Below, in pieces: positions 11,205 through 21,953 of a stretch of DNA of 64,000 bases. Numbering within the stretch: position 1 is the first letter of the stretch; each line of letters starts with the position of its first letter. The position numbers and the translations under genes are program-made. The stretch spans positions 1,184,001 to 1,248,000 of the forward strand of contig OZ223269.1 of the NCBI GenBank assembly GCA_965140585.1. The letters are read 5' to 3'. Origin of the DNA: Spirochaetia bacterium (lineage in GTDB: Bacteria; Spirochaetota; Spirochaetia; UBA9216). Under the pieces are notes generated by a model that saw only the letters and a program-made list of their open reading frames with translations, ran no database searches and was not told the DNA's origin.

Positions 11205-13898
11205 TTAGAATTCAGAGACGGCCAGTTTTTCAATTGTATAATTATATTCTCTCTCATTTATAGTAAAGGTAAGAGTTTCGCCTGCCTGATGCCCAAGCAG
11301 TTCTCCAGCGAACGGAGACTGGTAAGAGATAATATTCTTTGCAGGGTCTGATTCCCATGGACCGAGAATTGTAAACTCTTCATTTTTACCGGAAGTATTA
11401 TTTTTCATTGAAACTTTAACACCGAAGGCAATCTTCTCATCGCTGATATTAGAAGGATCAACAATCTGAGCCTTTTCAATTTCTTCCTTCAGTTTACCGA
11501 CAGAAATCTGCAGAAGTTCCTGCTTTTCCTTTCCGGCTTTATACTCCGCATTTTCACTAAGGTCACCAAGTGCAATTGCAGCACCGATTTCCTTTGAGTT
11601 CATAGGTATCTCAACCTCAACAAGATGCTTAAGTTCCTTCTGTTTGATCTTGTAAGATTTTTCAGAAACAAGAAGTCCTCTGATGGATGTCTTCTTCTCA
11701 ACCTTTGATGATGTTTCATCATAGAACTTGAAGTCAGAAAATCTGTGTTTAATTGTATCTTTAAGTTTGATCTTAATCTGCGGATCGAGATCCTTAACAT
11801 CTGATATAAGAGTATAAATTCTTGATACAGAATCTTCATCAGCATTTGAAAGATAGTCGCTGATCTTGCCTTCACGAAACAGGAAGGTCTGAATCTGCTT
11901 GTTGAGCCTTCTGTTATCACTTACATCCTTTTTGTCGGATATCTCACGGAAGGTAATATCAAGAAGATGCACCATGTTTATGAGAATCTTCTCATAATTG
12001 GTATTATGCTTGCTGCACCATTTTTCAGTAACGTAATTTCTTACAATCCAGATAAATGCTTCTCTGAACTCCCTATACCGGTCTGAAATAGAAATGAAAA
12101 GTTCTTCAATTCTGTCCTTGTATCCGGAAGAGGAGAGTTCATCAATAATGGCAGTAGACATTGATTTCGGGAATAATCTGATGTAAAGATCCGGCCAGTC
12201 TTCAAGTTGTTTAAGTGCAATAAGAAAACTTCTTTTAATATCACTGTTATCAAGCTTTACGTAAGCGGCTTCAAGGTCATCAATATTTGCAATAAGCTTC
12301 ATAAAATCAAGTTCAAATTCAGCAGATTTCAGAAACGGAAACTCTTTCACAAGCTTGCTTACAACAAAGAAACTGGCAATAGTCTGTTCGTTTACAATAG
12401 TATGTGATTTCAGCAGATTGGCAAAATAGGAAAACATTTCATTGAAAAAATCCGATTCTACATCACTGACTTTCACAAAGTCATCAAGTGCTTTAATCTT
12501 ATTGAAGAAATTCTTTTCAGCTTTAAATTTATTATAGATTTTCTCTTCTTTGGAGATCGGCTTGTCTCGTACGATAAAAACATCGATTTTATCAGGATGG
12601 TTGCCGAAAACAGGGTCTTCTTTAAGAATATTTCTTGCATTGGTACTCCAGCTTGACCATTCACCCTGTGTAAGGATTCCAGGAACCAGAGCAGCCTTGA
12701 TTTGCTTCATATTAGCTGCATTATCGAAACTTCTAATGACTATTTTTAAAGCCCAGGTAATGTCATTCTTAATCTTATCATGAAGCACATCTTTCTTTTT
12801 TCTTACTTTAAGAACTGTTATATGATCCTTTGCAAGACTGGTAAGAGCATTTACTGCCATTTTAAGCGACATCTTGTGATTACGCTTTTTAACAAAATCT
12901 ATAACTATTTCATCACCGCTTATGCTTTTGATTTTACCGATGCCCCAGGAATTATGGCTTACAAAGCTTCCGACATCGAATGAAATATGCTTTTCAAAGT
13001 CAGCAATCGCATCATGCACATTTCTCCAGCTCTGATTAAGGTTGGAAAGACGCACATATTCATCAAGCTGGCTGTGAAAGCTGTATTTGGCCTTGAAACA
13101 GTCCGTAATTTCTTTTCTTGCCCAGGCATTCTTTGGATCATAGATGAGAACCTGTTTCAGTATCTCTATACATTTATCCCAGAGTTCTTCCTGTTTGTAA
13201 TATGCATACAAATCTTCAAGTAGCTGTGAAGCACGTTCTGTACTGATAATAGTGCTGACTTTCCTGTCCACATGAGCAAAAAAGTCGGTTTCTTCTGGGG
13301 AGTATTCGATGAGCTTTGCCCAGATTTCCTTTACACTGCTGAAAAGTTTCTTATTTATATAACGGTGAATAGCTTTCTTGTATAATTCAACGGCTTCTTC
13401 GATCTGGCCTTCATTTTCTCTTTTTTCAGCGAGAAGCTTGGTGATATCAGCCTCTTCATAATCTACTTTAATCAGTCTGTCCCAGACTTCATATTTTTTC
13501 TCTTCTTCATTCTCGTTTTCATAGCATTCAGCAAGGGTTCTTAATGCGTATTTGTTTTCCCCGAATTCGAGGATTCTTTCGCAAAGGAACTCAACAATGT
13601 TCCATTTATGGTTATCTGTAAATATTGTAATCAGCATCACAAGGTTGGTATCATCGATGAGCTGGCGTCTTAAGGACAGGATTCCGGAAATGTAAAGTGC
13701 TACAATGCTGTTTTTTGTGTGAGTCAGGTGTTCGTCACAAAGATCCTTTACTTCATTCTGTATTTCATCTTCATAGGCAAGTTTGATAAGTGATTCAAGC
13801 TCCTTGAAGTTATTTATTGTATAGCTGTTTAAAGTTGCTCTGGTCCATTTCTCTTCGTTTAGGATCTCAGAAATCGTTTTTATGCAATCTGTGGACAT
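11205..13898 (-). CDS. greA: Transcription elongation factor GreA, long spirochaete form
   Basis: C-terminal GDLSENAEY and ISYQSP GreA motifs preceded by ~740 aa of helical/TPR-like extension. Confidence 0.93.
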   Translation of the reverse strand: MSTDCIKTISEILNEEKWTRATLNSYTINNFKELESLIKLAYEDEIQNEVKDLCDEHLTHTKNSIVALYISGILSLRRQLIDDTNLVMLITIFTDNHKWNIVEFLCERILEFGENKYALRTLAECYENENEEEKKYEVWDRLIKVDYEEADITKLLAEKRENEGQIEEAVELYKKAIHRYINKKLFSSVKEIWAKLIEYSPEETDFFAHVDRKVSTIISTERASQLLEDLYAYYKQEELWDKCIEILKQVLIYDPKNAWARKEITDCFKAKYSFHSQLDEYVRLSNLNQSWRNVHDAIADFEKHISFDVGSFVSHNSWGIGKIKSISGDEIVIDFVKKRNHKMSLKMAVNALTSLAKDHITVLKVRKKKDVLHDKIKNDITWALKIVIRSFDNAANMKQIKAALVPGILTQGEWSSWSTNARNILKEDPVFGNHPDKIDVFIVRDKPISKEEKIYNKFKAEKNFFNKIKALDDFVKVSDVESDFFNEMFSYFANLLKSHTIVNEQTIASFFVVSKLVKEFPFLKSAEFELDFMKLIANIDDLEAAYVKLDNSDIKRSFLIALKQLEDWPDLYIRLFPKSMSTAIIDELSSSGYKDRIEELFISISDRYREFREAFIWIVRNYVTEKWCSKHNTNYEKILINMVHLLDITFREISDKKDVSDNRRLNKQIQTFLFREGKISDYLSNADEDSVSRIYTLISDVKDLDPQIKIKLKDTIKHRFSDFKFYDETSSKVEKKTSIRGLLVSEKSYKIKQKELKHLVEVEIPMNSKEIGAAIALGDLSENAEYKAGKEKQELLQISVGKLKEEIEKAQIVDPSNISDEKIAFGVKVSMKNNTSGKNEEFTILGPWESDPAKNIISYQSPFAGELLGHQAGETLTFTINEREYNYTIEKLAVSEF

Positions 13899-13910
13899 AT
13901 GTACTCCTGA

Positions 13911-14843
13911 CTAGTTAATATATTGATTAAAGACTTCGTTATTAAGTCTTTTTATTTTCCGCAACAGTTCCTCAATTTTTTCACGTTCTTCACCAACTGA
14001 AATGTAATGATCAACAAGCCTGAAGTATGCATTGAGTAGTCTGGGCTGTGTTTCTGCACCAATCTCTCCGTTTTCTTCAAGTCTGTTTTCAAACGAAAAA
14101 ATAGACTGTTTTAATTTTCCAAGCTCAAGCGGCTTGAGCTCTCTTTTGATATTGAATACTCCGTATATCACCCCGTAGACGGGTATCCATTCTTTTATCT
14201 GCTCCCTGCTCAGATTCAGCTCTCTTACTCTCGAAATAAGCCGCTGAATCATCATTGATTCCAGAAAGGCTGTCTCTACTTTTGAAGGATCAATAAAAAA
14301 GGCCTCCCTGAAGAACAGTTTTGCAGGCTTAATCTCATTGATTAAAGCATAGCAGTCTGCAAGTTCAGCCATTACTGCAGCATTCTCTTTCTGCTGTCTG
14401 AAAGTTCTTTCAAGAAAGGTCAGGGCATTGGCATAATCACCCATGCATTTATAGCACCTTCCTATTTTAAACAGTATCTCGTGGTCGTTCCCGCCTGAAT
14501 CATAGAAAACCTTCTCATAGCTGTTCAGAGCAGTCCCGAAACACCACTGTCTAAGTGCATTAATGCACTTTTCATCAAAGCCGGTAAAATTCTCTGCAAA
14601 AACCATGAAGTTCTTCCATTCTTTTAGAAGATATTCACCCTTGGCAAGATTTTCACCAATCGTATCTATTCTGTTCTCTTTCTCCCGCCAGAAATTTGCA
14701 CATTTAAGAGCACTCAGGATTCTATCATCCTCAAAATCTATCTCCAGAGCTTTCTCAAGTGTTTCAATGGCATCTCCAAAAAAGCCCTTGTGAAAAAAAC
14801 CATATGCCTCTTCGAGGAGAGATGACTTCATTACGCTGTTCAT
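13911..14843 (-). CDS. TPR protein
   Basis: TPR-like units (ILFKIGRCYKCMGDYANA; VMAELADCYALINE); 12 bp upstream of greA. Confidence 0.8.
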   Translation of the reverse strand: MNSVMKSSLLEEAYGFFHKGFFGDAIETLEKALEIDFEDDRILSALKCANFWREKENRIDTIGENLAKGEYLLKEWKNFMVFAENFTGFDEKCINALRQWCFGTALNSYEKVFYDSGGNDHEILFKIGRCYKCMGDYANALTFLERTFRQQKENAAVMAELADCYALINEIKPAKLFFREAFFIDPSKVETAFLESMMIQRLISRVRELNLSREQIKEWIPVYGVIYGVFNIKRELKPLELGKLKQSIFSFENRLEENGEIGAETQPRLLNAYFRLVDHYISVGEEREKIEELLRKIKRLNNEVFNQYIN

Positions 14844-14854
14844 GTGCGTCTTTC

Positions 14855-14882
14855 ATTATAACATGTGTGGATTATTAGTCAA
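14855..14882 (-). promoter_or_regulatory. sigma70 promoter for TPR-greA-VWA operon
   Basis: Minus strand TTGACT-16 nt-TATAAT with extended TGn. Confidence 0.7.
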
Positions 14883-14912
14883 TCAGTGGAGGAAAACTCA
14901 GAGTGACAATAA

Positions 14913-14941
14913 TTGAACCTTTGTGCAAATTCTGGTACAGT
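14913..14941 (+). promoter_or_regulatory. sigma70 promoter for rpe (leaderless geometry)
   Basis: TTGAAC-17 nt-TACAGT with TGn; ATG 6 nt after the -10 box. Confidence 0.6.
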
Positions 14942-14947
14942 TTAGCC

Positions 14948-15613
14948 ATGAAAGATAAAAATGAAATAATTCTTGCCCCCTCAGTACTTTCCGCTGATTT
15001 TACAGCCATGAAAGACGGGGTCAGACTGGCTGAAAAAGCAGGCTGTGAATGGCTTCATCTTGATGTCATGGACGGTAATTTTGTACCTGTCATAACCTTC
15101 GGTCATAAGATGATTGCAGATATACGGCCGCTCACCAAACTCGTTCTTGATGCACATCTGATGATAAATTCGCCTGAAAATCAGATAGATAATTTTGTAG
15201 AGGCCGGTGCAGACTATATTACCATTCACATGGAAAGCACTGTTCATGTAAACAGAGTAATTAACAAAATTAAAGACAGCGGTGTTAAAGCCGGCATTTC
15301 ATTAGTTCCGTCAACACCAGTTGAGGCACTTTCAGAAATACTTTCCGAAGTTGATCTGGTCCTTATCATGACCGTAAACCCCGGTTTCGGGGGGCAGAAA
15401 CTTATACCTTCATGTATTGAGAAGATAAGAAAACTTGCGGCAATCCGTGAGGAAAAAGGCTATAATTACCTGATTTCCGCAGACGGAGGTATCAGCAGAA
15501 ATACTGTAGGCCCAATGATTGAAGCAGGGCTTGATGTAGCTGTAAGTGGAAGTTCTTTCTATGGAGCAGAAGACCCGGTAAAGGAAGCCGGAATCATAAA
15601 AGGCCGTATTTAA
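14948..15613 (+). CDS. rpe: Ribulose-phosphate 3-epimerase
   Basis: APSVLSADF, HLDVMDG, MTVNPGFGGQ and DGG motifs; ATG 14948 preferred over track start 14903. Confidence 0.97.
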   Translation: MKDKNEIILAPSVLSADFTAMKDGVRLAEKAGCEWLHLDVMDGNFVPVITFGHKMIADIRPLTKLVLDAHLMINSPENQIDNFVEAGADYITIHMESTVHVNRVINKIKDSGVKAGISLVPSTPVEALSEILSEVDLVLIMTVNPGFGGQKLIPSCIEKIRKLAAIREEKGYNYLISADGGISRNTVGPMIEAGLDVAVSGSSFYGAEDPVKEAGIIKGRI

Positions 15614-15643
15614 TTCTTTATATAATACGGAAAAAGGTCGAAA

Positions 15644-16705
15644 TTGAAGATAGGAGTGCAGACCTTGAAACGTATATCAAAAATCCTTATAGCAGTTTCT
15701 CTTTTATATATAACGGCAGTTTCGGCGACCGCCCAGAATACCGCTTCAGTTTCAAAACTGGACATGGGTATTAAAAGTTTCGGTGTGGCCGATTATGAGA
15801 CTGCCTTGAACTATTTTCGTGAAGTAATTATCGACTCGGGACTTAAATTTTACCATTCAGATGCCTATTTCTGGATTGCAAAATCATATATGGCTCTTAG
15901 AAAGCTTGATAATGCGGAACAGAATCTTGAATTTTTTATTTCAAACTTCCCTGATCACAGATTTTATCCGGAAGCGCTATATCAGAAAGGCCGACTTCTT
16001 TTTCTTCAGCAGGATTATGAGAACTGCATACAGGAAAATCAGAAATACATAGAAAAATACCCGGACGCTCCTTTTACGGCAAACGCATACTTCTGGACCG
16101 CTGAATCATTATATTCACTCGGAAGGCTGCAGGAAGCAGAAAAGATATACAGTTACATTACCTATAAATATCCTTCAACCTATAAGGTTGAATCAGCAAA
16201 TTACCGTCTGGCTCTAATTGAGCAGAAATACAGAGAAGAATCCCTGATAGATCTTCTTAAACTTACTCATGAAGAATACCTGAAATCTCTCGAAGAATTT
16301 CAGGTAAGAGAAAAGACCTACGAAAAAGCTCTTGATAACTATCAGAAACGGCTTTCACTGTCTGAAACCGGAATCCAGGACAGTTCACAGGGGCTTTCAG
16401 TTGAGCTTCTGGACCTGCAGACAAAAATTAGAAATAAAGACAACGAAATCATGGCACTGAAACGGAAAATTGCTGAACTTGAATACAGGCTTACCAACGC
16501 AGAAACCAAAATTCAGGAATCTGCAGCGAAGGTTATTGAAGTAAATCCTGAAGAAACTGAAGCTGCAGACGTGAACCCCTCAGATACCGAAGAAAAAACC
16601 AATCTGACTGCGAATGACCGGCTGAAGCTGCTTGAAATAAAATCAAGAGCTCAGGAAATCAAAAACTTTTATCTTGAATATCTAAGCAAGGTCGGGAGAG
16701 AGTAA
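15644..16705 (+). CDS. Exported TPR protein (CpoB/BamD-like TPRs plus C-terminal coiled coil)
   Basis: Signal peptide; repeated AYFW.A / YP.. TPR units; heptad-rich C-terminal half. Confidence 0.75.
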   Translation: MKIGVQTLKRISKILIAVSLLYITAVSATAQNTASVSKLDMGIKSFGVADYETALNYFREVIIDSGLKFYHSDAYFWIAKSYMALRKLDNAEQNLEFFISNFPDHRFYPEALYQKGRLLFLQQDYENCIQENQKYIEKYPDAPFTANAYFWTAESLYSLGRLQEAEKIYSYITYKYPSTYKVESANYRLALIEQKYREESLIDLLKLTHEEYLKSLEEFQVREKTYEKALDNYQKRLSLSETGIQDSSQGLSVELLDLQTKIRNKDNEIMALKRKIAELEYRLTNAETKIQESAAKVIEVNPEETEAADVNPSDTEEKTNLTANDRLKLLEIKSRAQEIKNFYLEYLSKVGRE

Positions 16706-17770
16706 ATGAAAAAGTTATACGCAGTGATACTGACAGCAGTTGTATTTACATCTCTTATTTCTGCAGAAGACATTAAAGAAGGCAGGATGAAGCTTACAAT
16801 GCATGAATCCAGCGGAAGAATAAGTGTTTTCTATCAGAATGAGCTTGTCACAGACAAATATACCTCTCTTCTGCTCAAACAGGATCCCAGAACAAGCGGT
16901 ATAACCCTGCTTGTTGATAATAAAACCTATAAGCTCGGTGACAGTTATGAGTTTGAACAGAGTATCGAACCTACTAAAACAGGATCTTCTTTTATATGGA
17001 CATCAAAACAGCTCAAGATAACAGAAGCCTTTTCATTTGTGACATCAAAGAATTCCAGTATAGCGGATGGAGTCAGAATCGATATCACAATAAATAATAT
17101 TTCTGAAACAGCCTTAAGTGTCGGATTGAAATACCTTTTTGACACATGGCTTGGCGAAAAGAACAAGAGCAACAGGCATTTTCGAAATCCTGATTATACA
17201 TATATTTCCGGTGAAAAAGTTTACAAGGGGCTTATGCCCGATTACTGGGTATCCATTGATGAGGATACTCCTGACATCGGACTTCTTGTAATGCTTGATA
17301 ATAAGGTAGTAACTCAGCCTGACCAGGTTATCTTCGCTAACTGGAAGAGGCTTGATGAAAGCGGGTGGACACTGAACACAAAGGACGACCGGAATTTCAA
17401 TCTGCTTCCTTATTCAATTAATGATTCTGCTGTTGCACATTATTATGCCCCCGTCAGAATCCCGTCCGGAAGCAGCCGTACAATAACTCTTGTACTTGGT
17501 AATTATTCTGAATCCGGATTTGAAGTAAAAACAGCAGCTGCAAATTCTAACCTTGATGATCTTTATAACCGTGTTTCAACCGATGATTCCACTGAATCAT
17601 TTACCAGTACTGAAAATGCTATCAAAAATGAACTTGTTTTAACAGATGACCTTATCATTCATATAAACAGACTGCTGAACTCTGATGAACCTTTAACAGA
17701 AGACGAGCTTAATACACTGAATATAATGATACAGGCCTTAGAAAAGAATAAAGAGAATTTTGAAGAATAA
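16706..17770 (+). CDS. Exported hypothetical protein (beta-rich domain, helical tail)
   Basis: Signal-peptide-like N-terminus; 354-aa ORF abutting both neighbours. Confidence 0.75.
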   Translation: MKKLYAVILTAVVFTSLISAEDIKEGRMKLTMHESSGRISVFYQNELVTDKYTSLLLKQDPRTSGITLLVDNKTYKLGDSYEFEQSIEPTKTGSSFIWTSKQLKITEAFSFVTSKNSSIADGVRIDITINNISETALSVGLKYLFDTWLGEKNKSNRHFRNPDYTYISGEKVYKGLMPDYWVSIDEDTPDIGLLVMLDNKVVTQPDQVIFANWKRLDESGWTLNTKDDRNFNLLPYSINDSAVAHYYAPVRIPSGSSRTITLVLGNYSESGFEVKTAAANSNLDDLYNRVSTDDSTESFTSTENAIKNELVLTDDLIIHINRLLNSDEPLTEDELNTLNIMIQALEKNKENFEE

Positions 17771-17772
17771 CG

Positions 17773-18879
17773 ATGGCGGAAAATTTCAAAAATGCTCTTA
17801 TACTATACAACAAACAAAAATTCTCTGATGTAATAAGGATACTTGAACCTCAGGTATTTCGTTTCCGTGATAATTTTGAATTCTACCATTTACTCGGAAT
17901 GTCCTGTCTATTTACAGGTGATTACGGCGGCGCTTATTCTTATTTGAGACGGGCAATTACAATAAATGAAGATGACATTGTTTCTCTTCTTGGAATCGCC
18001 GCAGTTTATCTTAAAAGAGGTGATACCGGTAATGCACTTCGAATATGGCTCGATGTTGTTGAACTCGATCCTGATAATACATATGCAGCACGAGGGCTTA
18101 ATTTTCTCAAAAAGAATGCGGAAAGTGATTATTTCACCGGCGTAGCAGCACAGGAAAGACTTCAAAAATTTATTCCAGTTCCAGGCAAAAGAAAAAATAA
18201 TCTCAAATATCTGTTGATACCTGCAGCGATTCTAATCCTATTGCTGATTGCAGTTCAAATAATTCCAGGCAGCCTTATACCGGCGCCCGTTAAAGTTGTT
18301 AAATTAATTGATTTTTTTGATAAAGCCTCTTCCAGACCGGAACTTCCAGATGTAGAACTTGATGCAAGGAAAGAATTTACCGAACTAACAGGCAGCTTTT
18401 CCTATACTTTTTCTGAAAAGGAAGTAGAAAAGCTTTTAAAAGATATCCAGGATTATCTTTATGATTTCCGCGATAACATTGCTATGAGAGAAATCAACAG
18501 ACTTCTGCTTTCAAATGCTACTGAGTATGTGAAAGATCGTGCTAGACTTTTATCCGAATACATACGAGCACCTGAAATAACTGATGTAAAAGACAACTTC
18601 ACCTATGCAGAAGTTTTAGCCGAGCCGGCACTGTACCGTGGATGCTATATTCTATGGAAAGGCAAAACAACAAATGTTTTTGAAAGCGAAGATGTTATCA
18701 GGTTTGATTTTCTTGTGGGCTATCATGAGGAAAAGAATCTTGAAGGCGTCCTGCCTGTTGAATTTAATTTTGGTATCAGAGTAAATACAAATCAGGCTGT
18801 AGCCTTACTTGCACGTATAGATATCGATAATTCCAGCCGGATAGTTCTGAAAGGTAAGGCCATTCAGCGGCTTTTCTGA
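17773..18879 (+). CDS. Membrane-anchored TPR protein
   Basis: N-terminal TPRs, central TM helix (LLIPAAILILLLIAVQII), C-terminal OB-like beta domain. Confidence 0.75.
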   Translation: MAENFKNALILYNKQKFSDVIRILEPQVFRFRDNFEFYHLLGMSCLFTGDYGGAYSYLRRAITINEDDIVSLLGIAAVYLKRGDTGNALRIWLDVVELDPDNTYAARGLNFLKKNAESDYFTGVAAQERLQKFIPVPGKRKNNLKYLLIPAAILILLLIAVQIIPGSLIPAPVKVVKLIDFFDKASSRPELPDVELDARKEFTELTGSFSYTFSEKEVEKLLKDIQDYLYDFRDNIAMREINRLLLSNATEYVKDRARLLSEYIRAPEITDVKDNFTYAEVLAEPALYRGCYILWKGKTTNVFESEDVIRFDFLVGYHEEKNLEGVLPVEFNFGIRVNTNQAVALLARIDIDNSSRIVLKGKAIQRLF

Positions 18880-19013
18880 TAATCTGTTTTCACTCTTTCA
18901 GTTGTCATAACAGATATCTGTACTTTTTTATTTTTCTAAGCTATTATTACAGAAAAGATATTCCTGAATCACCGTAAATATTTTTCGGTATTGGGAGGGT
19001 AAGGAGTATATTT

Positions 19014-20144
19014 ATGGCAAAACGAGCAGCATTGCCCGAAACCAAAGTAATTACTGATGACAGTGAAAAAGATAAAGCTCTTGAAGCAGCACGACTTCAG
19101 ATAGAAAAACAGTTCGGTAAAGGTTCATTGATGAAATTGGGAACCGGAACTGATTTGAATGTTGAATCTATACCATCGGGCTCCATACTTCTTGATGAAG
19201 CTCTTGGAGTAGGTGGATATCCGAAAGGAAGAATCATTGAAGTCTACGGACCTGAATCCTCAGGTAAAACCACTCTTACACTGCATGCTATCGCTGAAGC
19301 TCAGAAGAAAGGCGGTATTGCGGCATTTATAGATGCGGAGCATGCACTGGATCCGACTTATGCTAAAGCTCTAGGCGTTAATACCGATGAACTGTGGGTT
19401 TCGCAGCCTGATACCGGTGAACAGGCCCTTGAGATAGCTGAATCACTTGTACGATCCGGAGCGGTGGATATTGTTGTTATAGACTCGGTAGCTGCGCTTA
19501 CGCCTCAGGCTGAAATTGAAGGAGAAATGGGAGATTCCCATATGGGCCTTCAGGCCAGACTTATGAGCCAGGCACTGAGAAAACTAACCGGAACCATTTC
19601 AAAATCCGGATGCTGTCTGATATTCATTAACCAGATTAGAATGAAAATAGGTGTTATGTTCGGTAACCCGGAAACAACTACAGGCGGAAACGCTCTTAAA
19701 TTCTATTCCTCTGTAAGACTTGAAGTCAGAAGAGTCGAAACCATCACCCAGGGAACTGATAACGCCATCGGAAACAAAGTAAGGGTAAAGGTCGTAAAAA
19801 ATAAGGTTGCACCTCCATTTAAAAAAGTTGAAATGGAAATCATGTTCGGAAAAGGTATTTCTGCGAGCGGAAGTCTTCTTGATGCAGCCGTAAAATATGA
19901 ACTGATAGATAAAAGCGGAAGCTGGTATTCCTACGGCGAAGAAAGAATCGGTCAGGGACGTGAAAATGCGAAACTTTTCATTGAAAATAACCCTGATACC
20001 GCTGCTGATATAGAAGCAAAGCTTCGTCAGGTTATGTTTCCCAAGCCCGAAGCTTCAGCTTCAGCTGATGACAGCAAGAAGGAAGAAAAGAAAACTGCTG
20101 CATCCAAAAAAGCGGTTCCAGCGGCTGATGGAGATCTTTTCTGA
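19014..20144 (+). CDS. recA: Recombinase RecA
   Basis: [18 protein letters not shown] and GNPETTTGG motifs; AAGGAG RBS. Confidence 0.99.
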   Translation: MAKRAALPETKVITDDSEKDKALEAARLQIEKQFGKGSLMKLGTGTDLNVESIPSGSILLDEALGVGGYPKGRIIEVYGPESSGKTTLTLHAIAEAQKKGGIAAFIDAEHALDPTYAKALGVNTDELWVSQPDTGEQALEIAESLVRSGAVDIVVIDSVAALTPQAEIEGEMGDSHMGLQARLMSQALRKLTGTISKSGCCLIFINQIRMKIGVMFGNPETTTGGNALKFYSSVRLEVRRVETITQGTDNAIGNKVRVKVVKNKVAPPFKKVEMEIMFGKGISASGSLLDAAVKYELIDKSGSWYSYGEERIGQGRENAKLFIENNPDTAADIEAKLRQVMFPKPEASASADDSKKEEKKTAASKKAVPAADGDLF

Positions 20145-20634
20145 ATTGACTGAAAAAACGGTATATCTTGGGCTGGGTTCCAACCTCGGGAACCCGGTAC
20201 AAACCCTTAAAGACGCTTTTGAACAGTTAAAAAAAATACTTTCGAATGCGGAAATCGCATCATTTTACAGAACAGATCCTCAGGATGTAACAGATCAGCC
20301 GCAGTTCATCAATACCGCAGTAAGAGGTATGACAGGACTGTCTGCTTATGATTTACTATCCGAAATTAACAGAATTGAAGCAGAATACGGGCGAAACAGG
20401 GAAAATGAAATCAGAAGAGGACCGCGAACCCTCGATATTGATATACTTCTCTATGGAAACGATTTAATTATAGATCCGCCTGTTCTGGTTATTCCTCATG
20501 AACGTCTGCACCTGCGTAAATTTGCCTTAGTACCGCTGTTGGAACTCAATCCCGAAATAAAACAGCCTGGTACCAATGTCCTTTATAGCACATTTATTGA
20601 AGGGCTTTCAGAACAGGGTATTTACTGTTTTTAA
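20128..20634 (+). CDS. folK: 2-amino-4-hydroxy-6-hydroxymethyldihydropteridine diphosphokinase
   Basis: [19 protein letters not shown] and PHERL motifs; start probably ATG 20128 or TTG 20146. Confidence 0.95.
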   Translation: MEIFSELTEKTVYLGLGSNLGNPVQTLKDAFEQLKKILSNAEIASFYRTDPQDVTDQPQFINTAVRGMTGLSAYDLLSEINRIEAEYGRNRENEIRRGPRTLDIDILLYGNDLIIDPPVLVIPHERLHLRKFALVPLLELNPEIKQPGTNVLYSTFIEGLSEQGIYCF

Positions 20635-20656
20635 CCGAAAAGTTATATTAACCGTC

Positions 20657-21427
20657 ATGGATGAAAGGTCTGAAACGGAGCTTCACAGTCATTTTAAAAT
20701 TAATGATTTTGAAGGGCCACTCGATGTTCTGCTTTTTCTGATAAAAAAATCGGAAATCAATATATATGATATACCAATTTCTCAGATCACGGAACAATAT
20801 ATAAAATTTATAGAATATGCCGTCTCGGTTAATCTTGATAACCTGACGGAGTTTTACGTAATGGCTTCAACTCTGCTTTATATTAAGAGCAGGATGCTTC
20901 TTCCGGTTGAAATTGATGTCGATGAGGAGCTTGAAGATCCAAGAAAGGAACTTGTCGAACGGCTGATTGAATATCAGAAATTCAAGAAGATATCGGATCT
21001 TATGGCCGAAAAAGAAGCTGAATCCGAATGGCGGATTGAACGAACAAGAAAGCAGCGTACGCTCCCTTTCCCTCAGGATGACAGTCTATGGGAACAGGTT
21101 GACGTATGGGATCTATTTCAGACTTTCTCAAATATTATTACTTCTTTATCTTCAGAACGTATTCTTGATTTATACGAAGAAGTAAGTATCAATGAAAAGA
21201 TAAGTCTGATGTATGAGTATTTCGAAGCAAGGGAAGAGTTCTTGTTCTCGGAACTGCTCGTACGTGAAAATTCGATTCTTGATGTCGTCTGTGCCTTTCT
21301 GGCCGTTCTTGAATCGGTAAAACAGAAAAGAATTACTATACTGCAGAATAAACTTTTCGGAGATATCCTTATAAAGAAACGCGAAGAACCCGAAGAGCAG
21401 GAGGAACCACTTGATGGAACTGCTTAG
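20657..21427 (+). CDS. scpA: Segregation and condensation protein A
   Basis: FEGPLDVLLFLI and IKSRMLLP motifs; ATG 20657 preferred. Confidence 0.95.
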   Translation: MDERSETELHSHFKINDFEGPLDVLLFLIKKSEINIYDIPISQITEQYIKFIEYAVSVNLDNLTEFYVMASTLLYIKSRMLLPVEIDVDEELEDPRKELVERLIEYQKFKKISDLMAEKEAESEWRIERTRKQRTLPFPQDDSLWEQVDVWDLFQTFSNIITSLSSERILDLYEEVSINEKISLMYEYFEAREEFLFSELLVRENSILDVVCAFLAVLESVKQKRITILQNKLFGDILIKKREEPEEQEEPLDGTA

Positions 21428-21953
21428 AGAAATGGCGCTTATAGAAGCAGTCCTGTTTCTTGAATCCGATCCGGTTGAAATAAAAACCATTAAGAAGATT
21501 ACAGATCTTCCGGAAGATGTGATTTTAAAAGCTCTGGAGAAACTTGAAGAAAAATATAAAGCAGAAGGAAACGGGCTTGATCTTATTGAATTTGCCGGCG
21601 GATATCTGCTGACCCCTAAGGGTGAACTCTGGGATTATTTAAAAGAGAGATACGGCCAGAAAAACGATAAAAGACTCTCAAGAGCTGCAATGGAAACACT
21701 GGCAATCATTGCTTATTCACAGCCTATTACAAAGGCTGAAATTGAGAATATCAGGGGAGTTTCAGCTGACAACATGATGCGGATACTCAGTGAAAGAACT
21801 CTTATTAAAGTAGTAGGAAAGAAAGATGTCCCGGGTAAACCGGTTCAATACGGAACTACTAAAGAATTTTTAAAGACATTCGGACTCGGCAGTATATCCG
21901 ATCTGCCGAAACTGGATGATGTCCAAAGTGACAGGTTTGAATTAAATGGATGA
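21411..21953 (+). CDS. scpB: Segregation and condensation protein B
   Basis: IEAVLF, LSRAAMETLAIIAYSQPIT and YGTTKEFL motifs; start TTG 21411 or ATG 21414. Confidence 0.96.
   Translation: MMELLREMALIEAVLFLESDPVEIKTIKKITDLPEDVILKALEKLEEKYKAEGNGLDLIEFAGGYLLTPKGELWDYLKERYGQKNDKRLSRAAMETLAIIAYSQPITKAEIENIRGVSADNMMRILSERTLIKVVGKKDVPGKPVQYGTTKEFLKTFGLGSISDLPKLDDVQSDRFELNG

Noticed and set aside
20657-21953. scpA-scpB without an adjacent smc, as a possible Wadjet/Mks-like system
   Set aside because: scpA-scpB-rluB-cmk-rpsA is a common housekeeping arrangement, with smc usually elsewhere
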